A DNA stretch of 64,000 nucleotides, from assembly GCA_027459745.1 (NCBI GenBank), contig DAIDHL010000004.1:79240-143239 (forward strand), in the 5' to 3' direction. Origin of the DNA: Candidatus Levyibacteriota bacterium. GTDB taxonomy: Bacteria > Patescibacteriota > Microgenomatia > Levybacterales > UBA12049. The notes under the pieces were generated by a model that saw nothing but the letters and a program-made list of their open reading frames with translations, searched no databases and was not told where the DNA came from. The position numbers and the translations under genes were made by a program. Positions 1-9,736 of the stretch are shown piece after piece (positions within the stretch are counted from its first letter, which is position 1; the number at the start of each line of letters is the position of its first letter).

Positions 1-411
1 CGTATCGTAGCTACACCGGAAAACTGGAAGATCGAGGAAAACGATAAAACTCTGGCCCAAATTAACCAAATTCCCTTGCGCCTCGCCTGGGCAATTACGG
101 TACATAAAAGCCAGGGCATGAGTTTGGATGGAGCTGAGATAGATTTGTCCAAAGCTTTTGAACCAGGCATGGGCTATGTGGCTTTATCACGCGTGCGGAC
201 TTTAAATGGAATTAAATTGTTGGGCATTAATGATGTGGCATATGAAGTTAACCGCGAAGCTTTAGATTTAGATCGTTCGTTATTGCAACAATCACTAAAA
301 GCAGATGAATATTTACAAGCTTTAGGAGAGACTCAAATTTCTGAATTACAAGCCAAATTTATGCAGAAAATCCACACACAAGAGTTGGATGATACAGACT
401 TGGCGGATTAG
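1..411 (+). CDS. C-terminal fragment of a superfamily-1 helicase (PIF1/RecD-like); the gene starts upstream of the window
   Basis: The frame is open from position 1. The motifs [13 protein letters not shown] and [13 protein letters not shown] resemble the C-terminal helicase motif VI of RecD/Pif1 (xTxHKSQG). Confidence 0.6.
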   Translation, partial: RIVATPENWKIEENDKTLAQINQIPLRLAWAITVHKSQGMSLDGAEIDLSKAFEPGMGYVALSRVRTLNGIKLLGINDVAYEVNREALDLDRSLLQQSLKADEYLQALGETQISELQAKFMQKIHTQELDDTDLAD

Positions 412-464
412 TATCAAAAATAAAGATAAATGACTTGTACTTCCACCTAAAGGGTGATATATAA

Positions 465-899
465 TTGATCAGCATGTTATTCATTTTTCTTGCTCTGATT
501 TTTTATACCATTGCTATCTTTTTCATCACCATTGCTTCTAGACATACTGATGCTGGAGTGGTAGCTGCGGTGTCCAATATTTTAGCCGCCATTATCCCCT
601 TGCTTATCATTATCCCGCTTATCAATAAACAACTTTGGGTAAATAATAAATTAGGTATTTTGATGGCAGTATTAGGTGGAATCTCTATCGCTCTATTTTC
701 CATTGTTTTTTCTAAAAGTTTGATGGTCAATAAAGTAGCCATTGTCACGCCTATCGTTTATGGTGGCATGATTTTTCTTACGGCCATACTTAGCTATGTT
801 TTTCTAAAGGAGAAAATTTCACTCTTCCAAGGAATTGGCTTAGTCTTGGTCGGTTGTGGATTAATCTTCATCATCTACGCCAAACTAGCTGGAAAATAG
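465..899 (+). CDS. small polytopic membrane protein, EamA/DMT-like
   Basis: 144 aa with about four hydrophobic helices and an EamA-like pattern; there is no soluble domain. Confidence 0.45.
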   Translation: MISMLFIFLALIFYTIAIFFITIASRHTDAGVVAAVSNILAAIIPLLIIIPLINKQLWVNNKLGILMAVLGGISIALFSIVFSKSLMVNKVAIVTPIVYGGMIFLTAILSYVFLKEKISLFQGIGLVLVGCGLIFIIYAKLAGK

Positions 900-1006
900 A
901 GATGACCACAAAAAATTCTAAAATTTTACTTTTTTCTGTTAACTTTGTAAACTTTTAGCTTTTAATTCTATTTTGAAATTTGAATTATTCTAGATACTAG
1001 ATACTC

Positions 1007-2074
1007 TTATATATTAGTGGATCCCTTGTAGACTTTAGGTGTTAACCAATCAGCTGGAGGATTTACTTCATCCATGTTTTTAGGTTCTTGCTGTTGATTT
1101 TTCTTTTGATTTACCTGCTCTTGCTGTAATTGCTGACGAATAGCCTGTTGTCTGCGTTGCAATTGCTGAGTATTATTTTGGGCTGGTCTACTCTCTTGAG
1201 TAGGGGCTTCCAAAACATCCTGCGCTGTTTGTTCACTGGACTGTCTTTGGTTAAAATTGCGCTGTTGTGGTTGGCGATTTGCATTTTGATTTACCGGATT
1301 TTGACGGCGTTGGTTGTTATTTTGACGTGTCTGGAATTGATCCATGGGTCTTTTTGCACCTTTGCGCAACAAAATAGCAGCTATTTCAAAAGCTAAATAA
1401 CTGGTGCTTTCCTGTTGGAAATTGTTGGTAGCGGCATGAATTCCATACAAGAGATTTTGGGCGGTATCAATGTCAAAGTCATAACCCAAAGATAGTAATA
1501 AATCGGCTACCTGTTCACTGACAGAAGAAAACCTGGGAGAAACTAAGACTACGTTTCCATAGTTTTCGTTTTCTTCTTTGTTATCGATATTGATAACTGT
1601 GACATTCTTCAAACTTTCCGGAGTAACTAATTGACCCAAGTCAGATATATGAGGAGTACCTACAGTAATAAATAAACCGCTTAAGGAACCACCATGATTA
1701 TAACGTACATCATCTTCAGTAAATGAAAAACCCTGTTCGCCTGGTTTTACAATGATATTCAAAAATCCATTGTCTAAAGTATAAGAAACTTTTTCAATTT
1801 CTCCCTCTTCTTTGTAAGGGAAAGATACAACTAAATCTCCACCTGTACCTTGAATTGCAGTTTGAACTTTATCGATGGCAACCAATGAAGAATGTTCTAC
1901 TAAGGGATTTTCTGGAGCAACCACACTTACTTTTTTACCAGCTTGTGTGAAAGTCAGATAAATTGAAAGAGCAGCAGCCAATTCATCCAAACTCGGCTGT
2001 TGTTTGACGGCAATGGTGACTTGATCATTTTGATCGATGATGTCTTTAATTTGCTGTAAGGCTTGACTATCCAT
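1007..2074 (-). CDS. DHH/DHHA1 (NrnA-like) phosphoesterase homolog with degenerate active-site residues and a Q/N/R-rich C-terminal tail
   Basis: The N-terminal layout resembles NrnA (IKDIIDQNDQVTIAVK...VVAPENP), but the DHH motif positions are substituted. It sits immediately downstream of infB, as the DHH phosphoesterase does in many nusA-infB operons. The tail is low complexity (NQRRQNPVNQNANRQPQQRNFNQRQ). Confidence 0.45.
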   Translation of the reverse strand: MDSQALQQIKDIIDQNDQVTIAVKQQPSLDELAAALSIYLTFTQAGKKVSVVAPENPLVEHSSLVAIDKVQTAIQGTGGDLVVSFPYKEEGEIEKVSYTLDNGFLNIIVKPGEQGFSFTEDDVRYNHGGSLSGLFITVGTPHISDLGQLVTPESLKNVTVINIDNKEENENYGNVVLVSPRFSSVSEQVADLLLSLGYDFDIDTAQNLLYGIHAATNNFQQESTSYLAFEIAAILLRKGAKRPMDQFQTRQNNNQRRQNPVNQNANRQPQQRNFNQRQSSEQTAQDVLEAPTQESRPAQNNTQQLQRRQQAIRQQLQQEQVNQKKNQQQEPKNMDEVNPPADWLTPKVYKGSTNI

Positions 2075-2107
2075 AAATTTATAGCTAATTAAATGTATCC
2101 TATATTA

Positions 2108-3577
2108 TTAGCTATGGCATACTAACATATCTCCCAGTTGAAAGTCAAGAGGGGTAGCTAAAACCAGCCCAGCTTCATGGCCTTTTTCGACCTTAGATTG
2201 TACGTCTTTACCTACGCGCAAAGATGCTATAGTAGTTTCACCCACTATCTGGTCTCCACGCATAAGTCTGATGCGATCTCCCCTAGCCACACGCCCCTCC
2301 ATCACCCTTATACCCAAAGCAAAGGTTTTCTCGAAAGGGAATTTAGCCATAATCTTAGCTGTCCCAAATACCTGTTCTACAGCCGCACGCTGCCTACCTT
2401 CAAGCACGTCGGTAATTTCATCGATCATTTCATAGATAATGTTGTAGTTTTTGGCTAATACACGCTCAGTTATGGCTAGTTTCTGGATTTCTGGTTTAAT
2501 CTTGCTATTGAAGCTAACCACCAACGCTCCTGTAGATTTCGCCAGCAAAATATCGGCTTCCGAAACTTCTCCTGTCTTTTTAGCAATGATCTTAACTGCT
2601 TCAGGTAGAGCATACGTGATAGCTTCTAAAGAACCTTCAGTATCAGCACAAATAACTAAAGAAACTCCTCCACGCTCCTCTTCCTTGGCTACATACCTTA
2701 ATTCTCGTTGCATAGGCTCTTGCTCCTCCTGGATGGTCTTAAAGGCATTATCTTTGCCAGTGACTATACTACCCACAGGCAAAAAGTCGGTCATTCCTAG
2801 TACTTCTACAGCCTCTCCTACACTGGCTGTAGTAACTTGTTTGCCAAGCGGTGAAATGAGGGTACGCACACGAAAAGCCTGACCTTCACACACTACATCC
2901 TCACGCACATGCAGTGTCCCATTTTTAACTACTATGGTGGCTTTAGCACCTACTTTAGGATCACGTTTGGACTCGATTACGATTGCTAGTAAGGGGGCAT
3001 CAGCTTTAATGGCGGGATTTCTTACCTGCATTTCAAAGGAAAGTAAAATTAGATCAAGCAGTTCTTTAATATTGCGATTCGTTTTGGCAGAAACCTCCAT
3101 GTAGGGTATATCTCCACCCAGGCCTTCCAGCAAAACGTTCTCCCGTAATAGTTGTTGTTTAACCTTTTCTGTCTGAGCTTCGGGCAAATCTGACTTGGTA
3201 AGTGCAACAATAAAAGGCAGTTTTTCTTGTTGTAATAATTGAATACTCTCTTTGGTTTGAGGCATAACACCATCAGTTAAAGAAACAACTAAGATTCCAA
3301 TATCCGCCGCCTGAGCACCTCGACTGCGCATAGAAGTGAATGCCTCATGTCCTGGAGTATCGATAAAAGTTATTTGTCTTGTTTGACCATCATAGGGAAT
3401 TTCAATAGATGAAGCACCAATTTTTTGGGTTATACCACCAAATTCTCGATCAGCAATAGAAGTCTTGCGAATAGCATCCAAAAGGGTGGTTTTACCATGA
3501 TCTACATGACCAAGGACAGTTACGACTGGTGGAAATTGGTTAGTTGTTTGAGATGGTGTGGGTTTTTGATTTGCCAT
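2108..3577 (-). CDS. infB: translation initiation factor IF-2 (short form, G domain onward)
   Basis: The G1 motif GHVDHGKTTLLD, DTPGHEAF and NKID-like TKSD motifs, and C-terminal beta-barrel domains are present. It lies downstream of nusA. Confidence 0.95.
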   Translation of the reverse strand: MANQKPTPSQTTNQFPPVVTVLGHVDHGKTTLLDAIRKTSIADREFGGITQKIGASSIEIPYDGQTRQITFIDTPGHEAFTSMRSRGAQAADIGILVVSLTDGVMPQTKESIQLLQQEKLPFIVALTKSDLPEAQTEKVKQQLLRENVLLEGLGGDIPYMEVSAKTNRNIKELLDLILLSFEMQVRNPAIKADAPLLAIVIESKRDPKVGAKATIVVKNGTLHVREDVVCEGQAFRVRTLISPLGKQVTTASVGEAVEVLGMTDFLPVGSIVTGKDNAFKTIQEEQEPMQRELRYVAKEEERGGVSLVICADTEGSLEAITYALPEAVKIIAKKTGEVSEADILLAKSTGALVVSFNSKIKPEIQKLAITERVLAKNYNIIYEMIDEITDVLEGRQRAAVEQVFGTAKIMAKFPFEKTFALGIRVMEGRVARGDRIRLMRGDQIVGETTIASLRVGKDVQSKVEKGHEAGLVLATPLDFQLGDMLVCHS

Positions 3578-3696
3578 GTATTTATTTTTCCTCCTCTAAT
3601 AATGATTTTCAATTTATAATTTCTAATTTTCATTGATTTGACCTCTAAACATTTCAAGTTGATTAAAAATTGAAAATTTTAAATTAAAAAATGAAG

Positions 3697-4833
3697 TTAC
3701 TCGGTTGCTTTATTTTCTTCTGCTGGAGTCACTTGCTCTCCCTTATGTTCTATATCCTCAGGAGCTTCTTTTACAACGGATGGTTCATTGACTGCTTCGT
3801 GAATTTCTTGGGTAACAGCCGCTAAGTTAGCTTCTTTTTCGACTTGTTCTTCCGCTTTTTCTTCTACTACTTCCTCGACCGGCTCTTCTTGTCCAGCTAT
3901 TTCAATACGATAGCCTGTAAGCTTGGAAGCCAACCGCACATTCTGCCCTTCTTTGCCAATAGCCAGTGACAACTCGTCTTGAGGAACAGCTACGCGAGCT
4001 ACCTTGTCAGCTTCATTAATCTGAGCTGTTACATGTTTGGCAGGAGACAAAGCTTGAGCAACATATAAAGAAGGCTCATCTTGCCATTGAATAATATCAA
4101 TCTTTTCCAAACCATTAAATTCCTGAATGATGGCTTGAATACGAACGCCTTTTTGCCCTACGCATGAACCAACTGGGTCAATACCAGATTGATTTGAATA
4201 AACTGCTACTTTGGAGCGATTACCTGGCTCACGCACGATAGATTTAATTTCCACACTTCCCTGAGCAACTTCGGGCACTTCACGTTTAAATAATCCTTCG
4301 AGCAAACCATTATCAGTTCGGGAAACAATAATTTCATCTCCACGCGGACCGGGTTTGATTTCTTTTAGATAAACAGACAATCTCTGATTCAAATTGTATT
4401 TTTCATTTTGAATTTGTTCATGTGGAGGCATAACACCTTCCGCTTTACCAACATCGATAATGACATTGGGACCAGCAAAACGCAGTACCATACCATTTAC
4501 AACTGTACCGATACGAACTTTATAATCTGTCAGGATTGCTTCTTTTTCACGCTCACGAATTTTTTGCAAAATAATTTGCTTGGCGGTTTGTGCAGCAATA
4601 CGACCAAAACCTGGAGGTGTGACATCTTCTTTGTTATGGAAAATTTTCGCTTCACCACTATTTGGATCCAACTCTGCAGAATATTCCTCAACGACAATAT
4701 CCGGATGATCTTTGCGATAAGCAGCTAAGATTGCAGCATTCACGGTTTCTAAAACCACAGATACATCCAAACCTCTTTCAGAGGCGACTTGATTTAAAGC
4801 TAATGCAAATTCAGATCTTTGTATTGCTGGCAT
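3697..4833 (-). CDS. nusA: transcription termination/antitermination factor NusA
   Basis: NusA N-terminal domain, S1 and tandem KH domains (GxxG), and an acidic C-terminal tail; it is adjacent to infB. Confidence 0.95.
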   Translation of the reverse strand: MPAIQRSEFALALNQVASERGLDVSVVLETVNAAILAAYRKDHPDIVVEEYSAELDPNSGEAKIFHNKEDVTPPGFGRIAAQTAKQIILQKIREREKEAILTDYKVRIGTVVNGMVLRFAGPNVIIDVGKAEGVMPPHEQIQNEKYNLNQRLSVYLKEIKPGPRGDEIIVSRTDNGLLEGLFKREVPEVAQGSVEIKSIVREPGNRSKVAVYSNQSGIDPVGSCVGQKGVRIQAIIQEFNGLEKIDIIQWQDEPSLYVAQALSPAKHVTAQINEADKVARVAVPQDELSLAIGKEGQNVRLASKLTGYRIEIAGQEEPVEEVVEEKAEEQVEKEANLAAVTQEIHEAVNEPSVVKEAPEDIEHKGEQVTPAEENKATE

Positions 4834-4920
4834 ACTAAGTTAGTATATCAGATCGAGGCCACATGATCAACCACTAGGTGTAACTTGTAGCAGGATAAAA
4901 AATTGATTAAACTAGTATAA

Positions 4921-6267
4921 GTGAAATCTATTTTAATTCTGCTTATTGTGTTAGTAATCGCGGCAGCTGCATCTTTAACTGGCGGTTTTAGCACATTTTT
5001 ACAACCGGTAAATCAAGCCAGCTTGGGATCTATAAGTACTACAATTACCGGCACTTCTACTGGATCAAATAGTTCAACCACTTTAAATGATACCTCCAAA
5101 AGTTTTACACCCGGATCTTTGGTCGGAGATACCATAACCATTAATACCGGCACTGGTGCAGGAGAGTCGGCCACTATAACTTCCAATACGAATAATCAAG
5201 TTACTGTTGATAAACCCTGGCCAACTACGCCTGATACGTCATCAAAATACACAATTACTACTCCTGGCGCAGGAGCTTCGGCAAGTAGCGGAAGTGTAAT
5301 ATTAAAACCTGCACCAAATCAGAATGGACAACAACTCCAATTGAATACTTTTACAATGATTACAATGACACCAACTACAGCACCAACTCCCGCAACAGCT
5401 TGTGTATCTACCGATGGGCCTCGAACCGCTAATTGTTCCTGCAGACCTCCAAGTGTGATCGCAGTAACCTGTAACTCCGGTAACACAACTCCAAGCGTGT
5501 ACTTAGGCCACATGATAAATGAAACATGTCCAGATGAGGGTTTCCCTTGTCAAGATGTGAACCCAATATACTTATCCGGATTAAGCTGTACTCCGACAAG
5601 TTGTGTTTATCTGAAAGATAGTTTAGTAATTCCTGGCTACTATACAATACCTGCAAACCCAAACTATTCTAAATATGAAAATTGCAACAATGTTGCAAAT
5701 GTTTGTTTTGATAAACCTGTCATATATTTATATTCTGATAGAATTATAAAAAATGTGTCAGTAAAACTCGTTATTCCCGGGAGAATTTCCAAAAGCATAC
5801 CTAGCTATCCAGCAGAAGGCTGGAACAATATTACAGTTATACCAGGAGGGATAATAAAATTTAACAATACCCTATATAATGAATTATTTTATGAGACGAA
5901 TGTAAACAGAGTACCTAACTTAAGTACGGGTTATGTATATCCTATCAAAAATTTATCTACAAACTTAAATCAACTTGTAACAAACTTGGGACTTAAACAA
6001 TCTGAGCGAGATGAATTTATTAATTATTGGCTACCGAAGCTTTATGCATTAGATAAGCCATATATATACGTAGGTGTTCTTTCTGGACAAATAAAAGATA
6101 GTGTGGATAAAATAGTTATCTATCCTAAACCTGATGCCACAATTGCTTTTCTGACATTATTCAAAGGACTTGATACAGATATCTCAATCACAGCCCCCAA
6201 ACTACCTATAATTCCTGAACGTAAGGGTTTTGTTATGGTAGAATGGGGAGGAGCGATAGCAAACTAG
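4921..6267 (+). CDS. secreted or cell-surface hypothetical protein (signal anchor, S/T-rich linker, Cys-rich module, C-terminal domain)
   Basis: Apparent GTG start; a hydrophobic N-terminus is followed by a Thr/Ser-rich low-complexity stretch, a cluster of 8 or more Cys, and many N-x-S/T sequons. Confidence 0.5.
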   Translation: MKSILILLIVLVIAAAASLTGGFSTFLQPVNQASLGSISTTITGTSTGSNSSTTLNDTSKSFTPGSLVGDTITINTGTGAGESATITSNTNNQVTVDKPWPTTPDTSSKYTITTPGAGASASSGSVILKPAPNQNGQQLQLNTFTMITMTPTTAPTPATACVSTDGPRTANCSCRPPSVIAVTCNSGNTTPSVYLGHMINETCPDEGFPCQDVNPIYLSGLSCTPTSCVYLKDSLVIPGYYTIPANPNYSKYENCNNVANVCFDKPVIYLYSDRIIKNVSVKLVIPGRISKSIPSYPAEGWNNITVIPGGIIKFNNTLYNELFYETNVNRVPNLSTGYVYPIKNLSTNLNQLVTNLGLKQSERDEFINYWLPKLYALDKPYIYVGVLSGQIKDSVDKIVIYPKPDATIAFLTLFKGLDTDISITAPKLPIIPERKGFVMVEWGGAIAN

Positions 6268-6932
6268 AATATTTTTATAGACGACATGATTATATTGACT
6301 ATAGTTGAATCCTCAACTCTATCTTTAGAATTAGAAAATAATGTTTGTATGATAAATTGATAATTACCACTTTGCACAAAGGAGATACTACCTTGTAATT
6401 TACCATATGATTGTCCATTAATAACTGGCCCATCGACTATCCCTGAAGACACATAAGCTAACTTACCACCTATATTAGTCTTTGTATATTTAAGGTCATT
6501 ACTTATTCCTAAGCTTTCTCTTTCTTGTAGAGATTCATTAGAATTTACAACTTCAGTTATTTTAATATATGGGGCAATGGGGTCATAATATCCATCTTCT
6601 ATCGGCGATAATTTTATGATTTTATATCCTGTTAATGATTGGTCCTGAATACTCCAGTTAGCTGGATATTTTAACGTATAAATACCACCTGAATATACCT
6701 GCCAGTCAGCAGGTACAGATGAAGGATTAAGGGCAATTGATGGAGATACATTAGACGGCAGTGACGAACTAACAGTAGTGGGATTACCCACAGAATTAGG
6801 ACTAGGTTGAGCCGAACTGTTATTAACAACCTTAGTTCTTTGAGAAGAAGGAGAAAACTGAAGAAATAGAGAAAATAAGGCTATGATCACGAGTAAAAAT
6901 ACACCTCCAAACACTAAAAGTTTTTTATTCAT
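6264..6932 (-). CDS. secreted hypothetical protein (signal peptide, S/P-rich linker, globular domain)
   Basis: N-terminal TM/signal segment and an S/P/N-rich linker. It is the last gene of the long minus-strand operon, overlapping the convergent 4921-6267 gene by 4 bp. Confidence 0.45.
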   Translation of the reverse strand: MNKKLLVFGGVFLLVIIALFSLFLQFSPSSQRTKVVNNSSAQPSPNSVGNPTTVSSSLPSNVSPSIALNPSSVPADWQVYSGGIYTLKYPANWSIQDQSLTGYKIIKLSPIEDGYYDPIAPYIKITEVVNSNESLQERESLGISNDLKYTKTNIGGKLAYVSSGIVDGPVINGQSYGKLQGSISFVQSGNYQFIIQTLFSNSKDRVEDSTIVNIIMSSIKIF

Positions 6933-6936
6933 AAAG

Positions 6937-9342
6937 TTATTTAGTTAGAATAAGTTGTCCATTAGCGTCAACACTTATAACTATTTTATCACCTCTATTA
7001 ATCTGATCCTGTAGTTTGGCTTTGGCAAGTAAATCTTCTATATTATCTTGGATATACCGGCGCATCGGACGGGCACCGAATTCTAAATCAGCACCTTCTT
7101 TAACTATCTTATCAATCACCTTCTCATTAAAACTCAAACCAATATCTAATGTGGCCATTTGTTGAATAATATCATTTAATATTAACTTCACTATCTGTGT
7201 TAATTCTGCCGGTCCTAATGGTGAAAAAGTAATCACATCATCAAAACGGTTGAGTAATTCGGGACGAAAAATCTGATTTTGCTGTAGATACTCCAGTAGC
7301 TTTTGCTGAAATACTTTATCAATTTTTTGTCCAGCTACCAGATTTTCCCGTACAAATTCTGCTCCTGCATTTGAGGTAGCTATAATAATACTATTTACAA
7401 ACGTCACTGTTCTACCTTTGTTATCGGTCAAGCGTCCATCTTCTAACACCTGCAGGAACAAATCAAGAATTTTGGGGTGCGCTTTTTCAAATTCATCAAG
7501 TAAAACTAAAGAAAACGGATGGTCATGAATTTTATCGGTTAATTCTCCCCGTTCGTTACCTTCACCTGGAGCTGAACCTAACAAACGTCGTTCTCCGTCT
7601 ATATCAGAATATTCCGACATATCCAGCCTGATCATATTTTGCTCACCACCAAAATACACTGATGCTAAAGCTTTGGCTGTTTCTGATTTACCCACACCAG
7701 TAGGACCTAAGAACAAAAAGGAAATTGGCCTGTTTTGAGTTGTTAAACCAGAGCGCAAACGTCTTAGAGCTTCAGCAATAGCAGAAATAGCTTGTGTCTG
7801 GTCAATTACCTTCTCATGTATTTTATCTTCCAGATGTAATAATAAATCCTTTTCCTCTTTAGTAGGCGCCCCAACATTCACCTGAGTTTTTAGACTAATT
7901 TGAGCTTCTACATCGCTTGCTAAAACCACTTTCTGTTTTGATTTACTTAGATAGTGGGATTTGGGGGATATCGCCACACTGTTGGCTGCATCATTGAGTA
8001 AATTTACTGCGCTGCCGGGTAAAACCGCATCTTGTTCATAACGATCAGCTAAATTAATTGCGGTAAGTACCGCATGGTAGCTTAGATATACTCCATTTTT
8101 GTTCTCAATATCTTCAGTCTTGGCTATTAACATTTGTATAGCAACATCTTTATTGGGTTCTGGTACATTGATTAATGTGAATACCTCATGCAGGGGATTT
8201 TGCTGCATGTAAGTCTTGTAATTCCCAGGCGACATACTGGCAATAATGGGCAAAAATCCTGTTTGCAAATAAGGAAGAAGTGCCCCTGACAAATCAATAG
8301 CATATGAGCTGGCACCCATCAAATTTTCAAACTCGGGAATATACAAAATTACATTACGAGCATGTGAAACTTCAGCCACTATAGACTCTAAACGCAATTC
8401 CAGATCACTACGATTTTCTGCTCCCGCAATCAAAGGTCCCACCATCAGTTGTAATATCTTCTTATGGTTCAAAAAACCCGATAAATTAGAATAATAACTA
8501 TCATTAGCCAACTGGGCTACCAAATTCTCCTTCCCCACTCCATCCTCACCTACTAATAATACATTGTTGTTATCTCCTTTACTTAGAGCCTCCAATAAAG
8601 CCCGATACTGATCATCTCTCCCAACTAAAGATGGTGCTATTCCCCGATAACTAAAATCTTGAGTGTAGTTTTTGGTCTCTGGAGTCCAACCGTTTACTAT
8701 TCCTTCACCTATTCCTTCGCCTGTAAAATTCATACGGATTGGCTGAGGATACTCTTCTGATTTAAACTTATAACGTGCCCATAATAATATTTGTAAAAGC
8801 TCCTCTGGCTTGATTTCATGATTAAAAAGAGTTTTAGTTTGATCTTCGGTTAAAAGTAAATATGCTACTAGTGCATCCATAGTCGTGATATATTTCCCGT
8901 TAATTTGCTCTACTATTTCTGCTGCTTTAGCTAAAACCTGATCAACTTTTATTTCAACTAATTTAATTTCTTCTACGGGAATGGCAGATTTTTCTAAAAT
9001 AAAAAATGCTTGCGAGGTTCTTAATAATTTATGTACAAACTTAGCTAATACAATTGTTGAAAAAATAATCTGTAATAAATCTCTGCTAGTAGACAGTGTC
9101 CACTTACCCTTTTCATTTTTCGCCACAGTTAAAGTAGGCTGAACTAAATACACATGAAAGCGAAAGAACAACTCTGATATGACAAACCAAACAAAGACAA
9201 ACAATGGAAGGCTAACCGATAATTTATGATTTAACTGGTTGAAAAATAACAGAATTACAAACACAAAAATCAAAGTCCTAACCGAACGCATTAAGGCAGA
9301 AGTGTAAAATATTTTTAATTTAACAAGACCTTCTATATTCAT
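6937..9342 (-). CDS. membrane-anchored Hsp100/Clp-like AAA+ protein with a degenerate first nucleotide-binding domain and an intact second one
   Basis: Two N-terminal TM helices. NBD1 has GEDGVGKENL in place of GxxGxGKT and ILYIPEFEN in place of the hhhhDE Walker B. NBD2 is canonical (LGPTGVGKSETAKALA, LVLLDEFEKAH, TSNAG, RPELLNRFDDVITFSPL). Confidence 0.8.
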   Translation of the reverse strand: MNIEGLVKLKIFYTSALMRSVRTLIFVFVILLFFNQLNHKLSVSLPLFVFVWFVISELFFRFHVYLVQPTLTVAKNEKGKWTLSTSRDLLQIIFSTIVLAKFVHKLLRTSQAFFILEKSAIPVEEIKLVEIKVDQVLAKAAEIVEQINGKYITTMDALVAYLLLTEDQTKTLFNHEIKPEELLQILLWARYKFKSEEYPQPIRMNFTGEGIGEGIVNGWTPETKNYTQDFSYRGIAPSLVGRDDQYRALLEALSKGDNNNVLLVGEDGVGKENLVAQLANDSYYSNLSGFLNHKKILQLMVGPLIAGAENRSDLELRLESIVAEVSHARNVILYIPEFENLMGASSYAIDLSGALLPYLQTGFLPIIASMSPGNYKTYMQQNPLHEVFTLINVPEPNKDVAIQMLIAKTEDIENKNGVYLSYHAVLTAINLADRYEQDAVLPGSAVNLLNDAANSVAISPKSHYLSKSKQKVVLASDVEAQISLKTQVNVGAPTKEEKDLLLHLEDKIHEKVIDQTQAISAIAEALRRLRSGLTTQNRPISFLFLGPTGVGKSETAKALASVYFGGEQNMIRLDMSEYSDIDGERRLLGSAPGEGNERGELTDKIHDHPFSLVLLDEFEKAHPKILDLFLQVLEDGRLTDNKGRTVTFVNSIIIATSNAGAEFVRENLVAGQKIDKVFQQKLLEYLQQNQIFRPELLNRFDDVITFSPLGPAELTQIVKLILNDIIQQMATLDIGLSFNEKVIDKIVKEGADLEFGARPMRRYIQDNIEDLLAKAKLQDQINRGDKIVISVDANGQLILTK

Positions 9343-9671
9343 AACTTAATAAAAAATAACCCCAACGAAGCTATCGGTAATATCACAAAACCGCAAATAA
9401 ATAAAAATTCCAAACATAGTAACATAACAAACATTAACATAGAGATTAGAATGAGAACTGTCTTTATAAACATTCCCATGCCTATGGAAAATCCAACCAA
9501 ACCTTGACGATATTCGTTTTTGATCGGTTGAAAAAATGTTCTGAATAATAAACTCAGAGAAAACAAACGCAGAAATGATGTATTTAAAGAAGAAAAAAAT
9601 GATAATAAACCAAGTGGAGCGTTAACATACCAAAATTTCAAGAATTCGACTGGCAGTAATGAATATTGCAT
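9339..9671 (-). CDS. small polytopic membrane protein
   Basis: 110 aa and almost entirely hydrophobic; it overlaps the downstream AAA+ gene by 4 bp, so translational coupling is likely. Confidence 0.4.
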   Translation of the reverse strand: MQYSLLPVEFLKFWYVNAPLGLLSFFSSLNTSFLRLFSLSLLFRTFFQPIKNEYRQGLVGFSIGMGMFIKTVLILISMLMFVMLLCLEFLFICGFVILPIASLGLFFIKL

Positions 9672-9736
9672 ACTACTCTAGCATAGAAAGTTTGACTCAA
9701 AAAAGCAAACCGATACAAGCTAGAAATAGCTTTGAA

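Noticed and set aside
503-748. 81-aa minus-strand ORF
   Set aside because: It is antisense within the EamA-like membrane protein gene; the plus-strand frame has a coherent TM-helix pattern.
2177-2882. Plus-strand ORFs 2177-2458 and 2451-2882
   Set aside because: They are antisense to the well-supported infB; they are frame shadows.
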